Positions 13,086 through 27,646 are shown, counted from the first letter of the whole stretch. The stretch: 62,541 nucleotides of DNA, filler included, from Choristocarpus tenellus KU-1152 (GCA_964200185.2; 12 parts of 12 records of this genome joined end to end with filler, not necessarily neighbours in it); one strand, 5' to 3'. Translations and numbers: made by a program. The notes: a model not told the origin generated them from the sequence alone.

Positions 13086-14077
13086 ACTTTGAGCGAATGG
13101 ATACTGAAGAGTCTGATAAGAGGATGTCCAAAGGGGTAAGAAGCAACGCTCAGCATCATGGGTATAATAAGAACACGTCAATACAGGAAGCTCTGCTCGA
13201 TTTATAGTGTGGCTGACCTTGCCTGTACGTAGAAACTAGAAGCCTTCCAAATCGGGACTATCAGCAATGGCACTTGACCGCTGGAGTCCTTCTCTTGTCC
13301 ACCATTACAACTAATAAGTATTTGAGTATGACTTTGTATTATCTAATTGGGTATACATACAAAGTAACTACTCAGGGAGTACATCATAGCCAGTCATGTT
13401 TGCATTGTATACACCAGCAGAGGAAGCACTTTGCCCGGCCACCACCAAGCAAGGGGTTCAAGTCAATAGAGTATACCACACATACGGTTCCGTATTCGAG
13501 GCTCAAATTGTACAATTAGCGAATTATGTAGATTGTGTGGATAAATAAGCAGGTGCCTTCTGCAGCAAAATCACCACACAAACACAAAAAAATATACTTC
13601 AAAGTATTACAATTACACTGAAACTCGGGGTACATAACTTACCACTCCATACAGAATATATTATGCAGGATCCATTTCATCTCTTCCCCTCATGTATGGC
13701 AGGAACCATAGGCATCAACATTACCAACAAGCGAATCCTGTTGTAATCCATTCTGTGAAGGTCCTCAACAGATCTATTGTGCTCTTACAGGGAGATCGCG
13801 GTATATTTGTATTCCTCAACATAGTCATGTTTAGTTTAGTTTTGTGCTATTTTTTTTGTACTAGTTAACACGAGTTTGTGGTAGTATCTTATTTTCTTTT
13901 GTGTAAGTGCGCGAATCTGTGTATGAACTTGCTACAGGTCCATTGGCTGATTTGTTTTCCCAAGCCAACAATTTGAATAGAAATGATGACGCCCGTTGTG
14001 AAGGGATTTCAGACGGCAAAAGGTCATCTGAAAGCCGTCAACAACTTCGGAATACGTAATGACAACCAACTCATTCC

Positions 14078-14335
14078 GAGCCGAAGTATCTTAGAAGGTA
14101 GAGCCACGTCCATTTGGGACCCAAAATCCAATGTTGCGATTTTTATGTAATTTTGGTCATCGCATTTGTTAGGAAGTGTCAATATCCATGTTCTGGGCGC
14201 ACCTTTTCATAAGGTACACATTTAACTACTCCAAAATGTTTCGGAGTAGGAAAACGTCATAAAAATACCTGTGGGAAGTCAAGCCCCAAATGGACAAACT
14301 GGGCAAAACTCGTACCCTCTGAGATACTTTCACTC
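14078..14335 (+). mobile_element. MITE family B (Sola-like), complete, 258 bp
   Basis: TIRs GAGCCGAAGTATCTTAGAAGGTA ... TACCCTCTGAGATACTTTCACTC and internal hairpin CTACTCC..GGAGTAG. Twelve related copies in the window. Confidence 0.92.
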
Positions 14336-15704
14336 TCCAGTTCAACGAATCACTTTGTTGATACACCCCAAATCATAGAACATAATTCTGAGCACTTACT
14401 GAGACTTACACATCTTGAGATGTATTGATCACTTTGTGATATTGAGGTACTAAAACACCAAGCCAACAAGGTGCATTCTCCACGAGTGCCCAGACTGAAA
14501 TAGTGCACGGTAGTAGTAGTATTTTTTACCCTTCAGCTTGAATTACCCCCTGCCCCCCAAGCACTTCTGTGCGGCCATATACTCCTCTGCCCCCCCAGAC
14601 CCACCTCATCGAAAACATACCTTTCCAACCAATCCTGTACTATTGGATTGACTTCCTACACGTTAGGTCTATGTTGTCCCCACCACTCAATCAACCTCAT
14701 ACAAATAAATGTATTGACTTGTCGATTGATCCATTTGCGCACATTCTTGCTACATGTGTATGTACATCTACGATAAAATTATGCGCTAACCTTTGTCAAA
14801 TGGCGATGCCATGAACAGAAAAGCAACATATATAATGCTTAGATCTGTGATCAGAAAGGCAATACAACAAGAAGAGAGCGTAAGAGACAATTCCGAGAAA
14901 GCAGATATATACTTCAGAGCACATAACGTAACAATACAGAAATATGTAGAAATAAGAGAGAGATTAAACAAAAAGGTAAGTACTGCATAAAGAAGACGAC
15001 AGAGAGGGAAAAATGCAAAAAAAAATCATGGTATAAGAGGGGAACACACAATAGTGATGCAAAAATATAAACAGGTATCAGCTCCAGCATCAAGAGTAAT
15101 AATTTGTCAAAGGAAAGATGTATATCCACTCACAGTTAGACGCACAAGAGAGACCACGTTGAGTCTTATACACCCACCAGCAACACATACGTGCTATACT
15201 ACCATTATCATTAGTTTCAAAGTTCGTGGTAGCATTAAAAAAAATATTGGCACCAGGTACAACAATAGAGGGTTGGACGTAAGCAAGGAAAGCTTTCTTT
15301 TATTCTACCCTAGTAGATACGCAGCTTCTTGAACCTACTCCCATTTGGGGTTACTTATTTATAGTTTTGTATTAAAATCAAATGCGGAAAGTAGGTTTGT
15401 CTGTTGTTATACCGTTATTCCCGTATGCCATATACCAATATACCAATTGAGGTTTCCTTGTCAGGAATCTCCGATCCCAGTGGAGGGTCTTACAAATAAT
15501 TGAAGAATGGAATCTTTCAGGAGATTAATCCTACAAGTAGTAGACATTTCTTCAACCAGAGATGTCACACATCAAAGATTCTCTTTGTTGTCACATCTTG
15601 ACTTTTGTGATGTTCCCCCCCTCGTAAGATTCTCATCACTCCACAATTCCCTGCAAGTCCTCGCAGTCTTGCACTTGTCTGACCTTAACATCGTCCTCTC
15701 GGTT

Positions 15705-15790
15705 ACGGTCCGTATCGGTCCGTCTTGGTCCTTCTGGTCCGTCTTGGTCCTTCTGGTCCGTCTGATCCGTCTGGTCCGTTTTTCTTGGTG
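15705..15790. repeat. Short GGTCCGTCT/GGTCCTTCT repeat, dispersed family
   Basis: About 8 units of 9-10 bp. An inverted relative lies at about 19262-19303. Confidence 0.7.
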
Positions 15791-15891
15791 ATTATCTTCA
15801 GCACCCTTGTCTGAGTGAACCGCGATCCCACACAATCACATGATTCATACACATAAGAGTTTATATCACTTCACCTAACCTTTCATAGTGT

Positions 15892-15964
15892 GCCGGGGTA
15901 GCTCAGTCGGTAGAGCGTACGACTCTTAATCGTATGGTCGTGGGTTCGAGCCCCACCTTCGGTG
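15892..15964 (+). tRNA. tRNA-Lys (anticodon CTT)
   Basis: 73-nt cloverleaf: acceptor GCCGGGG/CTTCGGT, D arm GCTC/GAGC, anticodon arm TACGA-CTCTTAA-TCGTA, T arm GTGGG-TTCGAGC-CCCAC. T5 Pol III terminator about 14 nt downstream. Confidence 0.96.
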
Positions 15965-17511
15965 TTGTGTGGGAATGTTTTTCTCTGTTTCGTATACCTA
16001 AATACTATGCCATATATTTGATGTTTCCATGTATCTTTTTCGTTGTGAGGCAGGTTTGCTCATACCCCTCATTCTCGTTAGTATCGATTCCATCTTAACC
16101 ACGATCAACGAACAAGTTCTGGACCAGAATTGTGAGAACACCGAGATCAAATCAGGTACAGGAACACATTGTGTACCATCCATACCTGATTTAAAGAATT
16201 TCATAGTGGTGAGGTCCTTACCTGAGAGTGTGTTAAGGATAAAGGGACGTTTAGGTGCATATATTAGTCGAACTTGTCTGTCCATCACTTGGACTCTGGT
16301 TCGAGGACGCCTGAAGTGCTGAGACCACTTGTAAATTGTCATGAGGTTTGCCTGAAGTGAAGCCCTTGAGAATTTTCTCCACTACATCCTTCTCGAGTGA
16401 CTTGCTCGGTGTGGTTCTTCAGACTCACATAGCTCTCCTCCAGGACCGCGAACCGGTTGCCAAATGGGTGTACTGTAATGCGGGGGGACTTGTCCCTGAG
16501 TTGAACACCCACTGTCCCGTCTTGCTCAAGTGAGCCTCCTAGGGCACCATGAAATGTACCATAGTACCATCGTTGTGATGCAGGGTCCAATCAGTCTGGT
16601 TGTGCCAGGGTGGGGTTGCTCCCAGCAAAACCCAACGTGCTCGTAACCATCAAATCTTGGAATGAAGTCTGAGCTGAACATTGGATCGGATGGGTGACGT
16701 CGCACCTTGTGACTGCCAGCAGCAAGCGTTCCAGGAGTTCTCAGGACTTCTCGGTGTTTTATGTAGATGTTAATATCACTAATAACAAAGAGATGAGAGC
16801 GCAATACACTTACATGCGCGCGCGGAAAATGGATTGGACTGAGCTCAGCTCTCATCGGACCTGTCCGTCACACTTTCAACCAATACCAAAATAATAAAGT
16901 TTTGTATATTTCTTTTACGTATTGTTACTATGATCATTTCATGTGTTTTCTAAATTTAAGCTTCTCGAACAAGTTTTCAGAGTAACTGGGTCTTGATGCT
17001 ACTCCACAGAAGAAGATAGCTTAGAATGCAAAAGTATTAAAAAATGCCTACCTGTCAGGTTATTTAGCTCTCTAGTTCCATGTCTAAGCAGCACTTGATT
17101 GCCCTTCTTTGTACTACTTGGAGGAATATGGAGGATTCATCGTTTGTCAGTAGGGGGACAGGCACACCCCAGGCAGGTAGTATCCATTATCATTACTAGT
17201 ACTATTGCCATGACAGGACATAGATGGAGGCACCCACTCATTCCGGTGGAAATCTTCAAGAAGGTATTAATTAACCTCTCGCTGTAAGGTTATGATGTGC
17301 AGCTACGTACCTGCACGGGGCAGAGGAGAGGGATAGGAAAAATTATCTTATATTCTTGTTTAGCATCACATTAGATTGAGTGATCCCAGACTCGTAGTCG
17401 AAAGGCAATTCAGACAAGGCAACAAGGAACATAAAAGAAAAACGACTAGTGGAGAAAAAAAAATAATAGAACTTAGTATCAACATCTGCAAAATGTCAGA
17501 GGGCATAATAG

Positions 17512-17621
17512 TATTGACACTCCCTAACAAACACGATAGCCAAAATTACATCGAAATTGCAACATTGGATTTTGATCCCCAAATGGACGCGGCTCTTCTA
17601 CCCTCCAAGATAATTTGGCTC
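17512..17621 (-). mobile_element. MITE family B, partial inverted copy
   Basis: Matches the left about 110 bp of family B in reverse. Confidence 0.85.
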
Positions 17622-18993
17622 AGTTATGAGATGAGAAGAGTACTTTTCTTATATATTTTGGGAAAGACTCTTAGTGCACTGCCTGTACTTCGAGTGTCGC
17701 ACAACTGCCCCATAAACACGCATGCCACATCATTCTGATTGGCAACTAGTTCGATCCATAAGGGGATGGAGCAACACCTTTCTCTCAACAAGAACCATTT
17801 TCATCTTCTGATGACCGAGGAGTACAAGGACAGAGAGTCAGTAGAACACCTCCCACCGACCTTCGGAACAAGATCCTTACTCTTTCGACGAGACTCTCCT
17901 TGGTGATGGGCGGAAACCTCTACTCCGGAAATCATAGAGACTTTTCGTGGACACGTACTTCCAGGTGGTGGAGAAGAGATTAGTTCAAAACAATTGTTGT
18001 TAGTTGAAAGTCACCCATTGGGTTCTTCCTCTTACACCCACACCATCTAGAACCGGAACTTCTCCTAATATCCTACTACAACGATCCAGTCCACAGTGGC
18101 CTACTTTGGACCGTTATGTCGAACTCATCAATGCTAAATTAGAGGAAGGGGTCGGCAAACGTCCTTAAACGTCCTCCCAATATGGTTCTGATCAAGAGTC
18201 TTACAGAGACGAAGGGTATACTAATGTAAGACAGACAATTCATCTTTATGTCCTTGCCGAAAATGCTGTGATATAATTTCCTAAGGACAGGTGTCTGCCT
18301 TTCCACAACGACTGATATATGTTTTTGATGAGTTTTCTCCATACATGTCACATGTTCGAATAGACTCCTCCAACTATGTGGAGATTACTAGTGGCATATA
18401 CATTTCTTATGGAGTTAGAATACAACAGTTAATAGTTGGTAAACCCAGAACTGTTCTAGCGTATCAACGGATGAATAGAAATCGATTTTGTCAATTGTTA
18501 TTTTTTTTTAGGTTGCTAGCTGCCTGCCTCCTTGAGATTAATTACTTTACAACATTTGACAACATCCCTGCGTTTATCACTTCTATCTTTACATGAGGCA
18601 GGGGATACTTAAACATCACACAACAGCTTCACGAATCACATGGTGATAAATGTGCCATTGATCGTGCATGTATTGATGTACATACGCCATCTCATACAGT
18701 GTTTGAAAAATTGGTGCGCAAAGATCACATATATGGGCACAAGGTGCGATTTTTCTTGGGCTATACGCGGCAAATTCAGGTGACCTGATGTAATTGAGAA
18801 ATTACTTAAACATGAAAGTAATTGTTCAATATATCAGACTTGTCATTGAAAATACTAATTCAAGAATTTTAGTTGATATGCACTACAGAGGTATTGTGCG
18901 CCAAACATCTAACGATAAAAGGCCTTTTTGACAACTTTTCGCTGTAAATTTGAATCGTGTGGTTCTGTGGTGGCGTAGTTCATTCAGGCAAGA

Positions 18994-19252
18994 GAGTCAA
19001 AATATCTGAGAGGGTAGCACCGCGTCCATTTGGGTGTCAAAGTCCAATGATGCGATTTTGATGTAATTTTGGCTATCGTGTTTATTAGGAAGTGTCAATA
19101 TCTATCTTTCACACACATCTTTTCATAACGTATACATTTTACCTACTCCTATACATTTTGGAGTAGGAAAATGACATTAAAAAAAAACATGGGAACCTAG
19201 CCCCAAATGGACAAACAGGGCAAAACTCGTACCCTCTAAGATACTTTCACTC
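18994..19252 (+). mobile_element. MITE family B, complete, TSD AAGA
   Basis: AAGA-GAGTCAAAATATC...GATACTTTCACTC-AAGA. Confidence 0.93.
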
Positions 19253-19399
19253 AAGAGTACATCAAGAAAATGACCGGGCAAGACGGACCAGAAGGACCAA
19301 GATGAAACATAAGAGAGAGGACGAGGGTTAAGGTTGAAAAAAGTGCAAGTGTGAAGATTGACGGAGAGAGGAGAACCACGATTTGTTATAACATAGGCT

Positions 19400-19972
19400 A
19401 CTTCCTTCATCATTCATATATGCAGTAGTTCCGTACCATCAACTAGTGTCGACAATTGGCCCGTCCATAGATAATGCTTCCTTAGCGTTAAAGTACAAAC
19501 GGTGCACATATACGGCTCAGCACGGAATGTGATCACGACTTACCATTACACTCTGCATGGTTATAGTATGCCTGATTCCTGGAATTGGTAGTTATTGTTC
19601 AACATAAAAAACTCAGCATATGACACAAATGAGTTGAACAAGACTTAGACTTGGGCATCTCTTATTTTGCTCATACGACAAATAGCCCTTACATCTTGTT
19701 TGGTTATATTTTGTAAGGTGCCACCTCCCTTTTCAGACTTCGAATGCACTCTGCTACAGCTGCACCTCGATATACAACTGATGAGATATATTTGGAGTTA
19801 ACACAACCACAACCTTCTCTGTAAGGCATCAAGCCTGCAGACAGAGAATGCACTACTATCATCCTGGACCATAGCACTGAATGGTGCCATTCCCTACAGT
19901 ATTCAATCAGCCTCTTCACATGGCTTGTTTCAACATCTATCACGTTGAATTCCATTAGTGGTTCAGTGCACT
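19400..19972 (-). mobile_element. Degenerate Ty1/copia RT-RNase H relic
   Basis: Minus-strand PYREGCGCV (cf. PYRExVGSL) and *AVYV...AKEAL (cf. EAEYVA...KEAL). Heavily mutated. Confidence 0.4.
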
Positions 19973-20062
19973 GACCCAAAGTATCTGGGGGGGGGGGGGG
20001 GGGTCTCCCCCCGGGGGCCCCTTTGGGTCAAAATTGGGAAAAGTTCTTTTATATTTTCCACC
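19973..20062 (+). mobile_element. MITE family A, left part, truncated at contig end
   Basis: GACCCAAAGTATCT(G)n. Sequence degrades after the G run. Confidence 0.8.
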
Positions 20063-20734
20063 NNNNNNNNNNNNNNNNNNNNNNNNNNNNNNNNNNNNNN
20101 NNNNNNTTAATTAATTAANNNNNNNNNNNNNNNNNNNNNNNNNNNNNNNNNNNNNNNNNNNNTCAAACTCATCCTCCATAGTATGCTCCATCCTCAATTT
20201 TGCTGAGAGGCTGTTATATCACTCGCTAACCCAAACAAAACCCCAAGGAATACCGGATTACCGACCAACGCCTATGTGAAGAACTTGTTGCAGCCATAAC
20301 CGATCATATTCACATGGATTTACACCATTTGTTATCTCGATTTTAAAAGTCCAAATAAAGAATTACAACAATATTCATCATCTTAAACCAAAAATTAAAA
20401 CCACTCGTTTAACTCAAAATAATCGGACTAATTCGAAACCCTCTTAGTGATTCTTCTTCACTATGAATGTAGACATTTGTTCACCTCACGAAGCAGAAAC
20501 CACTAATTAACCCTAACGAATGACATTTTTTCTCAATACTTCATGAACAAAAGCACGCGAAAATGGGCACTTCACCATATACCTAACCAGACCCCAGCCA
20601 TTATTTTCATTAATTCAAGTCCAAATTCAAAAATCCTCAAAGCAGTGACAGCCTATTTTGCTGGACTTATGCTTACCACGACTATAACTAAGTGTAATCC
20701 ACACACATACCTACGAAACACACCTTCGATCCCC

Positions 20735-20813
20735 ACCAAGTTACCCAATAATCGCGACATGGTAAAATAGACCCCAAATGGACATCCACCCACCCCCCCA
20801 GATACTTAGAGTC
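20735..20813 (+). mobile_element. MITE family A, right part
   Basis: AATCGCGACATGG..CCCCAAATGGAC..(C)nAGATACTTAGAGTC. Confidence 0.82.
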
Positions 20814-20920
20814 CATTGAGGTGGTGTGCAAGGTAAAGTCTGACCTACGTTTTGGGTTCTCCCCTTCTTTCTAGGCCACCTTCACGGTGCCAGTGTTTGA
20901 GTAGTTCCGACTCCGTGAAT

Positions 20921-21155
20921 GAGACAAAGTATCTTAGAGGGTAGGGCCGCGTCCATTTGTGGGCCAAAATCCAATGTTTTGATTTGAATGTAGTTTCGGC
21001 TATCGTGTTTGTTAAGAAGTGTAAAATATCCTTGTTCTGGACACACCTTGTCATGAACATTTTACCTACTCCGAAACATTTCGGAGTAGGAAAATGTCAT
21101 TTATTAAATATGGACAAACAGAGCAAAACTCGTGCCCTCTAAGATACTTTTACTC
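20921..21155 (+). mobile_element. MITE family B with about 25-bp internal deletion
   Basis: Both TIRs present. Lacks the GGGAAGTCAAGCCCC segment. Confidence 0.9.
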
Positions 21156-24023
21156 AAGAATTCCTGTTTTGAGACAAACACAATCGTTATGTAGTGTGGA
21201 AGTTCTCGTTTTTTTGTGAAGTGCCCAACTACAATAGTTTAGTGTTGAAAGACTCTTATTGCAAGCGTTGCTTATTCTGTTATTGTGTTCATTATATTCT
21301 TAATCTTAATTTGAGTGTTGTTTATTTCCCCCCCCAAGACAACCTAGCAATCAACACCTGCAAGATAGCTTCAAATTTGTGTGTAGGTATGCATATCATA
21401 TGCTAGAGTACAATGTACTCTACTGCTAGATATACACCAGCAGGTGTCTAGGGATCAAGAACAACATAATCCTGAATGGTGTCTTTCAAGATGCCACTGT
21501 TGCTGTTTGGCAATTCAACTTGACTTCTTAACAAGAGTGACGCATAAGGGGCGAATTGACATCAACCGTTGTGCAATCAAACTGGGAGGGTGCTTAGGGT
21601 TAGTTTTTATATATATATATATATGAAATTAGTTATGTTCAAACATAATCAGTCACCTTTATCTTTCTCCATCTCAAACTAATATACTGGTTGTCTTCTC
21701 AAATACAAACAAAGCTGGGGATGTCATAAATTCTGCGCAACGTAAATACCTATGTTTCTAGAAAATAACAATATACGCTATATACTAATAGTAGATAGTT
21801 CTCTCACAACTCAACGCACGCCACATTTCAGTCGCAGTGGGCCTCTGACATGTCAGATGTGTCGGGCACTGAATACCACACCTTGTATGACCCTCCCCTT
21901 AACCTTAGATCAGACAAGTTACTACATCAACTAGAGGGAAGAGCCATTGTCCTCTGGACCTAACCCTAATGCTGTCTCTATTTCCTGGACCAGCCACCAC
22001 TTGTCTCTCTCCTCTAACCCAGTCAAGTCAAAACCCTGCGGTATTTACTAATAGCAGTACTAACCCTTAAGCTAGAGGGCCCTTAGGCCGTGCCAAACTT
22101 GATCCTCGCTCCTTGGTTCTGTGACTTTGGTCAATACAACAATGAGGTATACGTTTCGATCACTCCGCAGTCAACGATGTTTTTATATTTAATTGTCACG
22201 CTCAAATCTGTGAAGTTTTGAAGGCGTATCTGTGCGAGATATATAATTGTTGAACTCGCCAGATAGTGCACATTCCGTTTCCATCAATTGTTCATTTTGT
22301 CAGGCATAACATGTGGATACGAGATAGGCTACCATTTGCCCGGAAAACTTAATGTGCTCTCTGTACTTGCTGAAAATATCACTGGGTGAAGGAGTACATG
22401 CCTGCCCTTACTTTATACATAACGTCCTATGATAATATAGTGACTCCCGCATATTGTATGCATTCATGTGGGATTTCAAATACAATGCACCATTGGGGCA
22501 GTAACTGGTGGGCAGGTGTTCCTGTAGGTGATACACTTCAATAGAGAAGCACAGGTAGGGAAGAATTCCTCGCAGCATCATGTGGAAAATTGCAGTTGAA
22601 GTTGACAAAGTGAATTATATGGAGTTGGTGAATGGAGAGTCCTCACCTGCACAGTGAGTGACCACAATCACACTCGTTGTACTGTCAAATAAGGAAGTGG
22701 AACCAGAATGTGTAAGGCATCAAGCATCACCTAAAACAAAGGTATTTTCTCCATTGAATGATCATATCACTCCTCACCAACGAGTTCAATAATCTCGACC
22801 CTAATCCAAACTTAACTCCAACCCTATATATATTACTACAAAAATGGAAGGACCTAAGGATATAACAAAGCAGAAACATCTACGGGAATATGCATGGAGC
22901 ATCGGCCATCAATTCTGAAAAAAATAGAAATGGAATTATTGCTTACTGCAGGTGCATTCGTTGTGGTTCATCAACGGGAGGAGGTAATACTCTATTGAAT
23001 AGACTTCGTTGGAAGAAGATATTTTGAAGCGGTGCCGAGGTAAGTGCACAGAACAAGTGTATTGTCAAAGTAGATGCCAATATATATATTTTATTATGTA
23101 CAGCATGCACTCCATGTTATGCACCATCTGTTGTGCTATTAATACTATATGTAGGAACCTGGTATTGAGTCCAAAAATAGAGCAACAATGGACTCAACCA
23201 GCGGTTTCAACAGGGTCTTGTTCAATTCTGGGTATGGTATTACTTGACGAAAAACCTTCAACGGTGAATGTGAAATTTCTTACATCATTTGGGGAAAATC
23301 TTGTCAAACATCATACAGTTCCTTGCTACATCATATAGTGCTGCCTTCTAATGTTTGTGTGAAAATTGTGTATTTTCCGGACTAGTCTGCGCCCTGCCCG
23401 AATGATGGCTTCTACTTCTCAGCGACCATCTTCATATTTCCCATGCACACCACCCACAGGACTATTTAGTTAGTTCCATGTAGAAAGGAGCACAATCAAA
23501 GATAGTAGTATGGGCGTATCAAGCGGAAGAGAGAGCTAACAAAGATATTAGGTTGGGCGCTGTGTTGCGAGTGATATGACGAATACTCAGACAGAGTATA
23601 TATATTCGTACATAGATCTTGAGTTGCTGGTAATTATGTATGGACAATGCAGGTACGTTAAAGTCTGGTAGGTTGCCAACACGCCGATTCCTTAACATAT
23701 GTACGGCTCATAGTATCTCGGGGGGGGGGGGNNNNNNNNNNNNNNNNNNNNNNNNNNNNNNNNNNNNNNNNNNNNTTAATTAATTAANNNNNNNNNNNNN
23801 NNNNNNNNNNNNNNNNNNNNNNNNNNNNNNNCCCACACACACACACTCACGCACTTTTTTTTTTACTTCAGTGGAAATCTGGAACGGTTTTCCCATATTT
23901 GTTCATGGCCCACCAGAAACGTAATAGAAGGCCCGCCAAAAAAAATTGTTTCTGGCATGGACACACACGCACCTAACCCTAACCCTATCCCCCTAGCTTA
24001 AGGCTATAAGATTAGCACACCTA

Positions 24024-24054
<31 letters not shown>

Positions 24055-24100
24055 TAATAATGCGAATAAATAAAATGAAATCATGTTGTTGTGCCATCAG

Positions 24101-25423
24101 GAAGAGTACGGAGTATTAGTAGAAGAGAAGGAGGACCTGATGGCAGAGGCTGTGAGGAAGGCCAAGGTTGCCGCTGCAGCTGCGTTGGCGCAAACTGCGA
24201 GTGCTGAAGAGGCCACTGAGGAGGGAGTTGAGGGTGACGATGAGGGAGATGATGAGGGAGACGGCCGTGGGAATGACGGCAAAGAGCAGCCAGATGAAAA
24301 GTTGGAGGAGGCAAGGAGTGGGGGCATGGAAGGCGGTGTTACAGATGGTGCTGCTTCAGCCAAGGTATGTGTTCGTGTCTGCTGCGCTTTTTGGTGGGGG
24401 GGGATGGGGGTTGGGAGTGATGAGGCTTTCGAGCTTGATGGCTGGTGTTGGGTGCAGTGGAGGGGCTCGTTTGGGGGCTGGTCGAAGGAGCTACCTTATT
24501 TTTGTGTCAAATCTTGGACTAAATTGTGTGTCTGTGTTTTTTTGTTTTTGTATCACTACTGTTGGGAGGTGGGGGGAGCTCTTGTTTGCGTATATTAAGA
24601 TCATGTCGTCATTTTGTTCTGCTGCTTTTTGTGATTTGTTTTTTTGTTGAGGGTGATGATGTAGTCTTGCCTCTCTCTCTCTCTCTAGTACTTGGTATTT
24701 CAAGAGTTTTGGTTTATTTCTACTGAACCTGAAGAAGGAGCAGAGCTCTTGATCATGCAAAGGTTGTTCCTGTGATTTGATTCGTTTGGGAGAGGTTCTG
24801 GCATGTTACCACTAGAAGAGCCCAAAGCGTTTGTTGGAATCAATCCTAAGTGTCAGAGCGATTACTCTTCATTTTTCCATGTCTGGGAGTTCACCTATGG
24901 CATGTGCAATCAATCCTGCACTCTTTTTTGCAATAAAATAAAAAAATAATTCTGCATTTATAGGAACTAAAAGACACACGACATGACTCAACACAATTAT
25001 TCACCAACACACACACACATGTGCACATGGGGTATTTTGCATGTCCTTTGTGCACGCAGCGAGGCAGGGAGGGTGATGAGAATGGTCGAATTGGGATCCA
25101 AGAGCTCCCTTCGACAAAAAAAACAAAAGTGAGGAACGAGCACGGAATGGTGCAAATATTTGTATTCGTATTGTAGGGTTGATCTTCTGTAGAGTGATGT
25201 CTTGTCTTGTCTTGCCTACTTTCCTATCATGTGTGCATTTTATTTATTTTTTATCGTTGTACAAAACACATCTTTTGTGACTGAGTGCCCCTTTCTGTTC
25301 TGAAACTCACGCTTGGTTTCACAGGCAATGGTTATGGGAGTGACAGAAGCCGTGGTCAGTGACGAGCCTACCATTGTTACTGAGTCTAGTGGGGGGCAGC
25401 AGGCCGGAGTAGGGTTACAGTGA
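24101..25423 (+). CDS. Last two exons of an unknown protein with acidic low-complexity C-terminus (24101-24364, 25325-25423)
   Basis: CATCAG-EEYGVLVEEKEDLMAEAVRKAK...GAASAK-GTATGT (264 nt, phase 0), then CACAG-AMVMGVTE...GLQ-stop in the same phase. No family recognised. Confidence 0.6.
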
Positions 25424-27409
25424 AGTGAAGGCTGAAATAATGAAGTGTCTGACCTTACTCCCCTTGATTTGTCATATTATAGATTGATCACAGCTGTGTG
25501 CTGGGGAGTAAGTATTTGTGGGAAATTGATACACATAGTGAACCTAATCGTAGGCATAGGTTGAACTGTGGTGGAGTTCGTAGTCACATGAGACTACAGT
25601 AGTACTTTATGGGCATCCCAAACATTGACCCGAGACTGCAGTTTTGAGTTTGAGGGGGTAGATGAGAATCGAAACTGCTCGTGCCTTGCTGTTTGTTTTT
25701 TCTTATCCTACTTGTAGTGGTATACGACCATGTCAAAGAGTGAAGGAGTATACCGTAGCAGACCCAGAGTGGACCTTCCTCACTGCCTTCTTCAATGTTG
25801 CTGCCTGATGGACATGATCTGTTGTTGATTCAAACCAAACCGGGGTTATTGGTTGCGAGCTTGGTTTGACAAGAAGGCAGCATGCGACTCTGGAGTAATC
25901 CAGTGCAATAACAACTGTGTCTTGACAGATTGAATACCTGCTGCTGGTGAAACAGCTTTGATGTGAATGACTGGTATGAACATGTGTGGTTGGGATGGAA
26001 TAAGGAGCTAACCTCCCAACCTGGGTTTGCCAGGCTGGGAAGGGGGTTGGAGGGGTAAATGGACAGGCAGAGTGTGGTACTTTGCAGCAACCTCAATGAT
26101 GACTATCTACGCCAAGAAAGTGCTACAATTAGAAATCTTACCTATTTCTAATGTATGTGTAAATGTGGTGATGCCAAGCTCTTGGCAATGTTCCATCAGG
26201 CCCTTGGAAATGAAGTCACGTTGTCGATATATTGAACCCAAAATCTTCACACTATTATTTTGGGTTGGTCTGACACGGCCTCAAGAAGGATGGTCACGAG
26301 TGGCAAATACTCATTTCCCAAGGAAATCGATATCAAAATACTTGACATTTTAACCTTCAATGGACGTTTCTGTTCATACTCACAGGAACTCCAGTTCTTA
26401 CACACGTAAGTGATGACAAACCGAATTTGTATCCAAGGTCTTTTTCTGGTTGCTTTTCCTGTGGCAAGGCACAGGATGAAGGGAAGTGACTTCACCTGCA
26501 ATGTATGCAACACAGAGATTCTGTACATACAGGGACTAGCAAAACAGCTGGTTGAATCTGAACCGCTTTCTCAGTTGTTTGAACAGTTCCATGTGGCAGG
26601 ATACAAGATTAGCACCTTGTGAAGAAGGGTTTCTGAGGATGTTTTAACTCTGAGTATATGACATCCTGTTATGTAGAGGTACACTTAGTGCAGAGTGAAC
26701 CCAATCTAAGTGGGAGTAAAGACAACCAGAGAAAAAATATTAATCAACCTATGAGACACAACTGATGGTTCTGATGTGGAGATCAAAGAAAACCAAGGAA
26801 CAATATTGAATCAATATCTGGGACAATTCGTATGATACATATGTGGAAGTGTCAAGGCGCCAAAGCTCTCTGCAAAAGGGGGCAATCAAAATCACCAGAC
26901 TGAACTCTTCCATCTCAGAGGGTGGGACCGAATTTCACAGGTCTCGGCCCAGCATCTCAAAGACAGTTGAGGAAATCCAGAACAGAACAAAAATCTTGAT
27001 GCACAAGAGGTGTCACAGAACGACTGAGCAACGTCACAGCAGGGAAATGGATCAGTCAGAATTGGAATGGGTCTTTGTTCTGACAGTCCTTTTGACTGTT
27101 TGGTCAAATCCGGATCTTATGGGTGTATCTGGTTTTGTGGACTGGTTGGTATGGGCAAGTTCCAATAACGTGGTTGGCGCGCGCATATGTGTATGGCCGC
27201 GCGTCATATCCACAAAATGTGTGTGTCGGAGATCCCAAAAAGAAACCTGTCCCTGACATTACCCCCCCCCCCCCAGTGTGGATTCTATCCAACACGAACA
27301 CAAAAATGGNNNNNNNNNNNNNNNNNNNNNNNNNNNNNNNNNNNNNNNNNNNNTTAATTAATTAANNNNNNNNNNNNNNNNNNNNNNNNNNNNNNNNNNN
27401 NNNNNNNNN

Positions 27410-27467
27410 AATGGACCCCTCGGTGTAGACCCCCCCCCCCCCCCCCCCCCCCCAGATACTTTGGGTC
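27410..27467 (-). mobile_element. MITE family A end at contig start
   Basis: GGTGTAGA(C)nAGATACTTTGGGTC. Confidence 0.82.
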
Positions 27468-27646
27468 CAATCTTCCCCTATTATAATTGCATATTTTTCC
27501 AGTTTGATTCCATCCATTGCTAGCACAATGGTGGTGATAACCATGTTTTGTTCTAATCAGCACCACCACCTTCTGCCCACTATTTCATCCCCATTCTATA
27601 CCCTCAATGACCTTTGATATTGCCTGTCTCCAACCCTATCATAAAG

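Noticed and set aside
22250-23300. Ty3/gypsy pol relic (YHLPGKLN, PKIEQQWTQP)
   Set aside because: Two short, weak resemblances only, not enough to support a feature.
25830-27300. Cluster of 65-137 aa ORFs
   Set aside because: No recognisable motifs or consistent splice pattern. Probably decayed repeat DNA.
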